Below are positions 12,001 to 23,930 of a stretch of DNA of 64,000 nt, piece by piece. Under the pieces are notes generated by a model, which saw nothing but the letters and a program-made list of their open reading frames with translations, was not told the DNA's origin and made no database searches. Positions within the stretch are counted from its first letter, which is position 1; every line of letters begins with the position of its first letter. Source of the stretch: Ophelia neglecta (taxonomy: Eukaryota); NCBI GenBank assembly GCA_965285935.1, contig OZ260662.1, forward strand, positions 70,246,001 to 70,310,000, written 5' to 3'. The translations under genes were made by a program, and so were the position numbers.

Positions 12001-15000
12001 TACTATTTAATGTTAATAAGGATTTGAACATTCATATAATTTTTTACATATATTAGATTGTTGAAATATTGTCAAAGGGTGTAGCATTTCATGTGCATTT
12101 AATTGTAATAATTTAGACTAGGAAATTCCACCTTACTTTTGCGGTGTCCAAGGTGATTTCGACACCCTTTGATTGCAGGCAAGTATTTCGCTTTTGATTT
12201 CATTGTCATTGGTATTTTACTTTAAACTTAGTACTTAATTTAAGCTCATATTTTTTCGTAGTTTTATTTTAATTTTAGATTCTTGAACTATTTAATTATC
12301 TTAAAGTACCTCACATTTTTATTATAATTAGGGTTCGAAAAAAACCAGCTGATTTCTAGTTTATATGGGTTCTTAGTTCTTGTTCTATGTTATCTTTGAA
12401 ATAAGAACTGTAAAGATGTCTGTTTGTTTTAATTTTGTTTAAATTCATATCAAAATATTTGAAATTAATGACCTAAATGACCATTTTTATAATGTTTGTC
12501 ATACCAGTTATCTTAATATCTACATTGTTTTTGTTGGCGATTCTATTTTGTATTTCCTTTTAAAATTTACTTACATCGGCTTGTTTCTTTGTTTTACCAC
12601 TTAATGTGCCTTGATTGTAATCATGGAATATTAACAATGTCTACCTCTCTTTTGCAGGTCAAAAGTCTTGGGCTGCTGTCGGAGTTTAGCTGGAAAGTAT
12701 CATGATTTTACTTTGTTGTCTTTGGTTTTTTGGTTGCGAATTATTTATTTTAATTTGATAAATATAGCCTTTTCTTAGAGCAATATTGTGCCCAGTCTAT
12801 TCTATAGTTTGAAGTTTTCTCCGCTTATTTCTGTGATTTATGACGTTGATTTCACCAGCTGATATGCATGTTATATATGTTTTATGTTTTTTCCATCATA
12901 GCTTTCAAATAAACTATCAATTCCTTTATTGGTATAAATTCTTCACATTGATATCATCATTATAAGCTTTGAACTATTCAGTTTAACAATTACCATATTT
13001 ATTATCATTTATGCTTGTTTAATTGTTTTAAAACTCATCGGGAGGAAGTTTTAAACTATTGAATACAGTGGGGCAAATATCAAAAAAACCTTTGCTTAAA
13101 TATATTATTAAAATAAATAATACGTAATGAAGAGACCAAAGACAACAAAGTGATATTTTTCCACCATTGCCATATTACAAGCTGGTGTCTTGTCATTTTT
13201 TTGAATAATTTCTTGATATTGATATCATCATTTTAACCTATAAATGATTCAGTTTAGCAATTTTTGTATTATTCTATCATTTCTGCTTGATTATTCGTAT
13301 ATAACCTTCTATACTATAAATATAATGTGTTACTTTGATATTACCAGCTGATTTCCATGTTATATCTGTGTTAGGTTTGTTTTATCATTGGTTTCAAAAA
13401 AGATAGTATTTATTGTCCAATTGATTAACATTTTATATTGAATTATCTATTAAGTATAATATTGAATACTATTTAATGTTAATAAGGATTTGAACATTCA
13501 TATAATTTTTTACATATATTAGATTGTTGAAATATTGTCAAAGGGTGTAGCATTTCATGTGCATTTAATTGTAATAATTTAGACTAGGAAAATCCACCTT
13601 ACTTTTGCGGTGTCCAAGGTGATTTCGACACCCTTTGATTGCAGGCAAGTATTTCGCTTTTGATTTCATTGTCATTGGTATTTTTTTTAAACTAAGTACT
13701 TAATTTAAGCTCGCATTTTTTCGTAGTTTTATTTTAATTTTAGATTCTTGAACTATTTAATTATCTTTAAGTACCTCACATTTTTATTATAATTAGGGTT
13801 CGAATAAAACCAGCTGATTTCTAGTTTATAGGGGTTCTTAGTTCTTGTTCCATGTTATCTTTGAAATAAGAACTGTAAAGATGTCTGTTTGTTTTAATTT
13901 GTTTAAATTCATATGAAAATATTTAAAATTATTGACCTAAATAACCATTTTTATAATGTTTGTCATACCAGTTATCTTAATATCTACATTGTTTTTGTTG
14001 GCGATTCTATTTTGTAATTCCTTTTAAAATTTACTTACATCGGCTTGTTTATTTGTTTTACCACTTAATGTGCCTTGATTGTAATCATGGAATATTAACA
14101 ATGTCTACCTCTCTTTTGCAGGTCAAAAGTCTTCGGCTGCTGTCGGAGTTTAGCTGGAAAGTATCATGATTTTACTTTGTTGTCTTTGGTTTTTTGGTTG
14201 CGAATTTTTTATTTTAATTTGATAAATATAGCCTTTTCTTAGAGCAATATTGTGCCCAGTCTATTCTATAGTTTAAAGTTTTCTCCGCTTATTTCTGTGA
14301 TTTATGACGTTAATTTCACCAGCTGATATGCATGTTATATATGTTTTATGTTTTTTCCATCATAGCTTTCAAATAAACTATCAATTCTTTTATTGGTATA
14401 AATTCTTCACATTAATATCATCATTATAAGCTTTGAACTATTCAGTTTAACAATTACCATATTTATTATCATTTATGCTTGTTTAATTGTTTTAAAGCTC
14501 ATCGGGAGGAAGTTTTAAACTATTGAATACAGTGGGGCAAATATCAAAAAACCTTTGCTTAAATATATTATTAAAATAAATAATACGTAATGATGAGACC
14601 AAAGACAACAAAGTGATATTTTTCCACCATTGCCATATTACAAGCTGGTGTCTTGTCATTTATTTGAATAATTTCTTGATATTGATATCATCATTTTAAC
14701 CTATAAATGATTCAGTTTAGCAATTTTTGTATTATTCTATCATTTCTGCTTGATTATTCGTATATAACCTTCTATACTATAAATATAATGTGTTACTTTG
14801 ATATTACCAGCTGATTTCCATGTTATATCTGTGTTAGGTTTGTTTTATCATTGGTTTCAAAAAAGATAGTATTAATTGTCCAATTGATTAACATTTTATA
14901 TTGAATTATCTATTAAGTATAATATTGAATACTATTTAATGTTAATAAGGATTTGAACATTCATATAATTTTTTACATATATTAGATTGTTGAAATATTG

Positions 15001-18000
15001 TCAAAGGGTGTAGCATTTCATGTGCATTTAATTGTAATAATTTAGACTAGGAAAATCCACCTTACTTTTGCGGTGTCCAAGGTGATTTCGACACCCTTTG
15101 ATTGCAGGCAAGTATTTCGCTTTTGATTTCATTGTCATTGGTATTTTTTTTAAACTTAGTACTTAATTTAAGCTCATATTTTTTCGTAGTTTTATTTTAA
15201 TTTTAGATTCTTGAACTATTTAATTATCTTAAAGTACCTCACATTTTTATTATAATTAGGGTTCGAATAAAACCAGCTGATTTCTAGTTTATAGGGGTTC
15301 TTAGTTCTTGTTCCACGTTATCTTTGAAATAAGAACTGTAAAGATGTCTGTTTGTTTTAATTTGTTTAAATTAATATCAAAATATTTGAAATTATTGACC
15401 TAAATAACCATTTTTATAATGTTTGTCATACCAGTTATCTTAATATCTACATTGTTTTTGTTGACGATTCTATTTTGTAATTCCTTTTAAAATTTACTTA
15501 CATCGGCTTGTTTATTTGTTTTACCACTTAATGTGCCTTGATTGTAATCATGGAATATTAACAATGTCTACCTTTCTTTTGCAGGTCAAAAGTCTTGGGC
15601 TGCTGTCGGAGTTTAGCTGGAAAGTATCATGATTTTACTTTGTTGTCTTTGGTTTTTTGGTTGCGAATTTTTTATTTTAATTTGATAAATATAGCCTTTT
15701 CTTAGAGCAATATTGTGCCCAGTCTATTCTATAGTTTAAAGTTTTCTCCGCTTATTTCTGTGATTTATCACGTTAATTTCACTAGCTGATATGCATGTTA
15801 TATATGTTTTATGTTTTTTCCATCATAGCTTTCAAATAAACTATCAATTCTTTTATTGGTATAAATTCTTCACATTGATATCATCATTATAAGCTTTGAA
15901 CTATTCAGTTTAACAATTACCATATTTATAAACATTTATGCTTGTTTAATTGTTTTAAAGCTCATCGGTAGGAAGTTTTAAACTATTGAATACAGTGGGG
16001 CAAAATATCAAAAAAACCTTTGCTTAAATATATTATTAAAATAAATAATACGTAATGAAGAGACCAAAGACAACAAAGTGATATTTTTTCACCATTGCCA
16101 TATTACAAGCTGGTGTCTTGTCATTTATTTGAATAATTTCTTGATATTGATATCATCATTTTAACCTATAAATGATTCAGTTTAGCAATTTTTGTATTAT
16201 TCTATCATTTCTGCTCGATTATTCATATATAACCTTCTATACTATAAATATAATGTGTTACTTTGATATTACCAGCTGATTTCCATGTTATATCTGTGTT
16301 AGGTTTGTTTTATCATTGGTTTCAAAAAAGATAGTATTTATTGTCAAATTGATTAACATTTTATATTGAATTATCTATTAAGTATAATATTGAATACTAT
16401 TTAATGTTAATAAGGATTTGAACATTCATATAATTTTTTACATATATTAGATTGTTGAAATATTGTCAAAGGGTGTAGCATTTCATGTGCATTTATTTGT
16501 AATAATTTAGACTAGGAAAATCCACCTTACTTTTGCGGTGTCCAAGGTGATTTTGACACCCTTTGATTGCAGGCAAGTATTTCGCTTTTGATTTCATTGT
16601 CATTGGTATTTTTTTTTAAACTTAGTACTTAATTTAAGCTCATATTTTTTCGTAGTTTTATTTTAATTTTAGATTCTTGATCTATTTAATTATCTTAAAG
16701 TACCTCACATTTTTATTATAATTAGGGTTCGAATAAAACCAGCTGATTTCTAGTTTATAGGGGTTCTTAGTTCTTGTTCCATGTTATCTTTGAAATAAGA
16801 ACTGTAAAGATGTCTGTTTGTTTTAATTTGTTTAAATTCATATGAAAATATTTGAAATTATTGACCTAAATAACCGTTTTTATAATGTTTGGTTTAAACA
16901 TATTTATTTTTTCTATGTTGGATCTTACAAAAGCCTATGGCTTAAAATCGGTAATTTCCAACATATCAACATACAGAACATTAGGTTAAACAGCATGCAA
17001 TGAATGAGGTGAGGTGATGGGATGAAGGGCGACATGAGGTGGATGTACATCAAGCACGCATGTATATATGAAGTGCTACAAACAGTTGAGGAAATGGAAA
17101 TATAATGTTTGTCATACCAGTTATCTTAATATCTACAATGTTTTTGTTGGCGATTCTATTTTGTAATTCCTTTTAAAATTTACTTACATCGGCTTGTTTA
17201 TTTGTTTTACCACTTAATGTGCCTTGATTGTAATCATGGAATATTAACAATGTCTACCTCTCTTTTGCAGGTCAAAAGTCTTGGGCTGCTGTCGGAGTTT
17301 AGCTGGAAAGTATCATGATTTTACTTTGTTGTCTTTGGTTTTTTGGTTGCGAATTATTTATTTTAATATGATAAATATGGCCTTTTCTTAGAGCAATATA
17401 GTGCCCAGTCTATTCTATAGTTTAAAGTTTTCTCCGCTTATTTCTGTGATTTATGACGTTAATTTCACCAGCTGATATGCATGTTATATATGTTTTATGT
17501 TTTTTCCATCATAGCTTTCAAATAAACTATCAATTCTTTTATTGGTATAAATTCTTCACATTGATATCATCATTATGAGCTTTGAAATATTCAGTTTAAC
17601 AATTACCATATTTATTATCATTTATGCTTGTTTAATTGTTGTAAAGCTCATCGGGAGGAAGTTTTAAACTATTGAATACAGTGGGGCAAATATCAAAAAA
17701 ACCTTTGCTTAAATATATTATTAAAATAAATAATACGTAATGAAGAGACCAAAGAAAACAAAGTGATATTTTTTCACCATTGCCATATTATAAGCTGGTG
17801 TCTTGTCATTTATTTGAATAATTTCTTGATATTGATATCATCATTTTAACCTATAAATGATTCAGTTTAGCAATTTTTGTATTATTCTATCATTTCTGCT
17901 TGATTATTCGTATATAACCTTGTATACTATAAATATAATGTGTTACTTTGATATTACCAGCCGATTTCCATGTTATATCTGTGTTAGGTTTGTTTTATCA

Positions 18001-21000
18001 TTGGTTTCAAAAAAGAAAGTATTTATTGTCCAATTGATTAACATTTTATATTGAATTATCTATTAAGTATAATATTGAATACTATTTAATGTTAATAAGG
18101 ATTTGAACATTCATATAATTTTTTACATATATTAGATTGTTGAAATATTGTCAAAGGGTGTAGCATTTCATGTGCATTTAATTGTAATAATTTAGACTAG
18201 GAAAATCCACCTTACTTTTGCGGTGTCCAAGGTGATTTCGACACCCTTTGATTGCAGGCAAGTATTTCGCTTTTGATTTCCTTGTCATTGGTATTTTTTT
18301 TAAACTTAGTACTTAATTTAAGCTCATATTTTTTCGTAGTTTTATTTTAATTTTAGATTCTTGATCTATTTAATTATCTTAAAGTACCTCACATTTTTAT
18401 TATAATTAGGGTTCGAATAAAACCAGCTGATTTCTAGTTTATAGGGGTTCTTAGTTCTTGTTCCATGTTATCTTTGAAATAAGAACTGTAAAGATGTCTG
18501 TTTGTTTTAATTTGTTTAAATTCATATCAAAATATTTGAAATTAATGACCTAAATGACCATTTTTATAATGTTTGTCATACCAGTTATCTTAATATCTAC
18601 ATTGTTTTTGTTGGCGATTCTATTTTGTAATTCCTTTTAAAATTTACTTACATCGGCTTGTTTATTTGTTTTACCACTTAATGTGCCTTGATTGTAATCA
18701 TGGAATATTAACAATGTCTACCTTTCTTTTGCAGGTCAAAAGTTTTGGGCTGCTGTCGGAGTTTAGCTGGAAAGTATCATGATTTTACTTTGTTGTCTTT
18801 GGTTTTTTGGTTGCGAATTATTTATTTTAATTTGATAAATATAGCCTTTTCTTAGAGCAATATTGTGCCCAGTCTATTCTATAGTTTAAAGTTTTCTCCG
18901 CTTATTTCTGTGATTTATGACGTTAATTTCACTAGCTGATATGCATGTTATATATGTTTTATGTTTTTTCCATCATAGCTTTCAAATAAACTATCAATTC
19001 TTTTATTGGTATAAATTCTTCACATTGATATCATCATTATAAGCTTTGAACTATTCAGTTTAACAATTACCATATTTATTATCATTTATGCTTGTTTAAT
19101 TGTTTTAAAGCTCATCGGTAGGAAGTTTTAAACTATTGAATACAGTGGGGCAAATATCAAAAATACCTTTGCTTAAATATATTATTAAAATAAATAATAC
19201 GTAATGAAGAGACCAAAGACAACAACGTGATATTTTTTCACCATTGCCATATTATAAGCTGGTGTCTTGTCATTTATTTGAATAATTTCTTGATATTGAT
19301 ATCATCATTTTAACCTATAAATGATTCAGTTTAGCAATTTTTGTATTATTCTATCATTTCTGCTTGATTATTCATATATAATCTTCTATACTATAAATAT
19401 AATGTGTTACTTTGATATTACCAGCTGATTTCCATGTTATATCTGTGTTAGGTTTGTTTTATCATTGGTTTCAAAAAAGATAGTATTTATTGTCCAATTG
19501 ATTAACATTTTATATTGAATTATCTATTAAGTATAATATTGAATACTATTTAATGTTAATAAGGATTTGAACATTCATATAATTTTTTACATATATTAGA
19601 TTGTTGAAATATTGTCAAAGGGTGTAGCATTTCATGTGCATTTAATTGTAATAATTTAGACTAGGAAAATCCACCTTACTTGTGCGGTGTCCAAGGTGAT
19701 TTCGACACCCTTTGATTGCAGGCAAGTATTTCGCTTTTGATTTCATTGTCATTGGTATTTTTTTTTTTAACTTAGTACTTAATTTAAGCTCATATTTTTT
19801 CGTAGTTTTATTTTAATTTTAGATTCTTGATCTATTTAATTATCTTAAAGTACCTCACATTTTTATTATAATTAGGGTTCGAATAAAACCAGCTGATTTC
19901 TAGTTTATAGGGGTTCTTAGTTCTTGTTCCATGTTATCTTTGAAATAAGAACTGTGAAGATGTCTGTTTGTTTTAATTTGTTTAAATTCATATGAAAATA
20001 TTTGAAATTATTGACCTAAATAACCATTTTTATAATGTTTGTCATACAAGTTATCTTAATATCTACATTGTTTTTGTTGGCGATTCTATTTTGTAATTCC
20101 TTTTAAAATTTACTTACATCGGCTTGTTTATTTGTTTTACCACTTAATGTGCCTTGATTGTAATCATGGAATATTAACAATGTCTACCTCTCTTTTGCAG
20201 GTCAAAAGTCTTGGGCTGCTGTCGGAGTTTAGCTGGAAAGTATCATGATTTTACTTTGTTGTCTTTGGTTTTTTGGTTGCGAATTATTTATTTTAATTTG
20301 ATAAATATAGCCTTTTCTTAGAGCAATATTGTGCCCAGTCTATTCTATAGTTTAAAGTTTTCTCCGCTTATTTCTGTGATTTATGACGTTAATTTCACCA
20401 GCTGATATGCATGTTATATATGTTTTATGTTTTTACCATCATAGCTTTCAAATAAACTATCAATTCTTTTATTGGTATAAATTCTTCACATTGATATCAT
20501 CATTATGAGCTTTGAACTATTCAGTTTAACAATTACCATATTTATTATCATTTATGCTTGTTTAATTGTTGTAAAGCTCATCGGGAGGAAGTTTTAAACT
20601 ATTGAATACAGTGGGGCAAATATCAAAAAAACCTTTGCTTAAATATATTATTAAAATAAATAATACGTAATGAAGAGACCAAAGACAACAAAGTGATATT
20701 TTTCCACCATTGCCATATTACAAGCTGGTGTCTTGTCATTTATTTGAATAATTTCTTGATATTGATATCATCATTTTAACCTATAAATGATTCAGTTTAG
20801 CAATTTTTGTATTATTCTTTCATTTCTGCTTGATTATTCTTATAAAACCTTCTATACTATAAATATAATGTGTTACTTTGATATTACCAGCTGATTCCCA
20901 TGTTATATCTGTGTAAGGTTTTGTTTTATCATTGGTTTCAAAAAAGATAGTATTTATTGTCCGATTGATTAATATTTTATATTAAATTATCTATTAAGTA

Positions 21001-23189
21001 TAATATTGAATACTATTTAATGTTAATAAGGATTTGAACATTCATATAATTTTTTACATATATTAGATGGTTAAAATATTGTCAAATGGTGTAGCATTTC
21101 AGGTGCATTTAATTTTAACAATTTAGACTAGGAAAATCCACCTTACTTTTGCGGTGTCCAAGGTGATTTCGCCACCTTTTGATTGCAGGCAAGTATTACG
21201 CTTTTGTTTTCATTGTCATTGGTATTTCTTTTAAAATTTAGTATTTAATTTAAGCTCATATTTTTTCGTAGTTTTAGTTTAATTTTGGATTCTTGAACTA
21301 TTTAGTTATCTTAAAGTACCTTACATTTTTTTATAATAAGGGTTCTAATAAAACCAGCTGATTTCTAGTTGTAAGGGGTTCTCAGTTCTTGTTCCATGTT
21401 ATCTTTGAAATAAGAACTGTAAAGATGTCTGTTTGTTTTAATTTGTTTAAATTCATATCAAAATATTTGAAATTATTGACATTAATAACAATTTTTATAT
21501 TGTTTTGTCATACCAGTTATCTTTATATCTACATTGTTTTTGTTGGCGATTCCATTTTGTTATTCCTTTTAAAATTTATTTACATCAGCTTGTTTAATTG
21601 TTTTACCCCTTTATGTGTCTTGATTGTAATCATGGAATATTAACAATGTCTACCTTTCTTTTGCAGGTCAAAAGTCTTGGGCTGCTTTCGGACTTTAGCA
21701 GGAAAGTATCATGATTTTACTTTGTTGTCTTTGGTTTTTTGGTTTCGAATTATTTATTTTAATTCGATATATATAGCCTTGTGTTAGGGCAATATTGTCC
21801 CCAGTCTATTCTATTGTTTAAAATTTCCTCCACTTATTACTGTGATTTATAACTTTAATTTCACCAGCTGATATGCATGTTATACATTATGTTTTATGTT
21901 TTTCCATCATAGCTTTCAAATAAAATATCAATTCTTTTATTGGTATAAATTCTTCACATTGATATCATCATTATAAGCTTTGAACTATTCAGTTTAACAA
22001 TAACTATATTTACTATCATTTATGCTTTTTTAATTGTTTTAAAACTCATGGGAGGAAGTTTTAAACTATTGAATAGAGTAGGGCAAATATCAAAAAACCT
22101 TTGCTTTAATATATTATTAAAATAAATAATACGTAATGAAGAGACCAAAGACAACAAAGTGAAATTTGTCAGCCATTGCTATAATATAAGCTCGTGTCTT
22201 TTCATTTATTGGTATAATTTCTTGATATTGATATCATCATTGTAACTTATAAATGATTCAGTTTAGCAATTTCTGTATTATTCTATTCATTCTGCTTGAT
22301 TATTCGTATAAAAACCTTTTGGACTTTAAATATAATGTGCTACTTTGATGTTACCAGCTGATTTTCATGTTATATCAGTGTTAGGTTTTGTTTTTTCATT
22401 AGTTTCAAATAAGATAGTATTTATTGCCCGATTGATTAATATTTTATATTGAATTATCTTTTAAGTATAATATTGAATACTATTTAATGTTAATAAGGAT
22501 TTGAACATTCATATAATTTTTTACATATATAAGATGATTACAATATTGTCAAAGGGTGTAACATTTCTTGTGCCTTTAATTTTAGCAATTTATATTATAG
22601 GAAAATCCACATTACATTTGCGGTGTCCTAGGTGATTTCGCCACCTTATGATTGCAGGCAAGTATTTCCCTTTGGTTTTTTTGTCATTGGTATTTTCTGT
22701 TTTTTAAACTTAGAATTCAGTTAAGTTTTTCGTAGTTTTATTTTAATTTTGGATTCTTGAACTGTTCAATTGTTTTAAAGTACCTCAGATTTTTGTTATA
22801 ATTAGGGTTCTAATAAAACCAGCTGATTTCTAGGTCTTAGGAGGTCTTTGTTCTTGAGGAGGTCTTTGTTCTTGTTCCATGTTATCTTTGAAATATGAAC
22901 TGTAAAGATATCTGTTTGGTTTAATTTGTTTAAATTCGTATCAAAACATTTGAAATTATTGACCTAATAAACAATTTTTATATTGTTTAATCAGACAAGT
23001 TGTTCGATTATCTGCATTGTTTTTAGTTGAATAGACTGGGGACAATATTGTCCTGTTTTGGAATTCATTTTAAATGTTTAATTGTTTTACCACTTGGTGT
23101 GCCTTGATTGTAATCTTGGAATACTGACAATGTCTACCTTTATTTTGCAGGTCAAAAGTCTTGGGCTGCTATCGGAGTTTTGCTGGAAA
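9009..23189 (+). ncRNA. Putative multi-exon spliced transcript (lncRNA or repeat-peptide gene) running through the tandem array
   Basis: Every unit keeps exon A (39 nt; polypyrimidine+cag acceptor, AAA|gtat donor) and exon B (57 nt; tag acceptor, CAG|gcaagt GC donor). Unique upstream exon-like pieces with short introns: 9009-9086, ending 9195, 9275-9293, 9360-9403. No expression data available. Confidence 0.5.
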
Positions 23190-23345
23190 GTATCACGAGT
23201 CTGTTATTATTACAATAATATACAGTATTATTATAATATTACCATCTGATGAGTGTTTTGTATTTCCATGCTATATTTTTTTTTAAAGCAACGTTTTCTA
23301 TTTATTTTAATTTGTTCAAATTCGTATCAAAATATTTAAAATTCG
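9400..23345 (+). repeat. Tandem array of ~1,464-bp units (9 full units plus partial ends)
   Basis: Anchor tttgcag|GTCAAAAGT recurs at 9730, 11192, 12658, 14122, 15585, 17271, 18735, 20201, 21667, 23151 (spacings 1462-1466, one 1686 due to an insertion, last 1484). Core units are nearly identical; terminal units are more diverged. Confidence 0.98.
16892..17100 (-). mobile_element. 5'-truncated non-LTR retroelement 3' end inserted into one array unit
   Basis: 209-bp sequence absent from the other units, flanked by an 11-bp direct repeat TATAATGTTTG (16881-16891 and 17101-17111). On the minus strand it ends with stem-loop atgttgga...tccaacat, then AATAAA and ...tttaaac. Confidence 0.8.
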
Positions 23346-23399
23346 GAAGATCAAATTGGGCATCTAGATAAGCATTAACAACGTTAAAATATGTCGTTT

Positions 23400-23930
23400 T
23401 GTTAAGGTCTAACGGTGCGAGAAAAGCATTTCAAATGTATTGAACACTTAATAGAAACGGATATACAAGGAATCTAGTGGTGTCCTCGAATTTGACTTTA
23501 ATTTTTCAAGGTCAAATTGAGACTTGGCATATCATATTGTGAATCTAAAAAGCTAACGGTGCACGAAAGACATATCAGATGTAATGACAACTGGTAAAAA
23601 GTCCTGTGCAAGGAATCTAATAGCGATCTCATTTTTGACCTTGGATCTCATTTCCAAAGTCAAATTGAAATTAAGGATGTCTTTTTTGTAGTCTAGATTG
23701 TCAATGGTGCAAGATATAAATATCAAATGTATATTGACCACTAATAGGAAACCGTCTACAAGGTACCCTGTGGTGACCTTGTATTTAACTGGTCTTATTT
23801 TAAAGGTCAAATTGAAATTATGGATTCCTTTTGATGGTCTAGATCCTTTGTGGTGCAGAATAGACCTTCAATATAATGACAACTAATATAAAGTTCTTTG
23901 CAAGGAATCTAATGGACTGATATATGTATT
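23400..23930. repeat. Degenerate ~140-bp tandem repeat with TGACCTT...AAGGTCA hairpin cores
   Basis: Cores near 23491, 23635 and 23774 with recurring caaggaatcta flanks. Confidence 0.6.

Noticed and set aside
17857-21643. ORFs 17857-18054 and 21389-21643 in the array
   Set aside because: AT-rich chance ORFs opened by unit-specific SNPs; closed in the other units.
9730-23189. snoRNA host gene or CRISPR-like array interpretation
   Set aside because: No conserved RTGATGA box C per intron (one unit-specific variant only), and the intervening sequences are near-identical rather than unique spacers; eukaryotic context. A snoRNA scan was not run.
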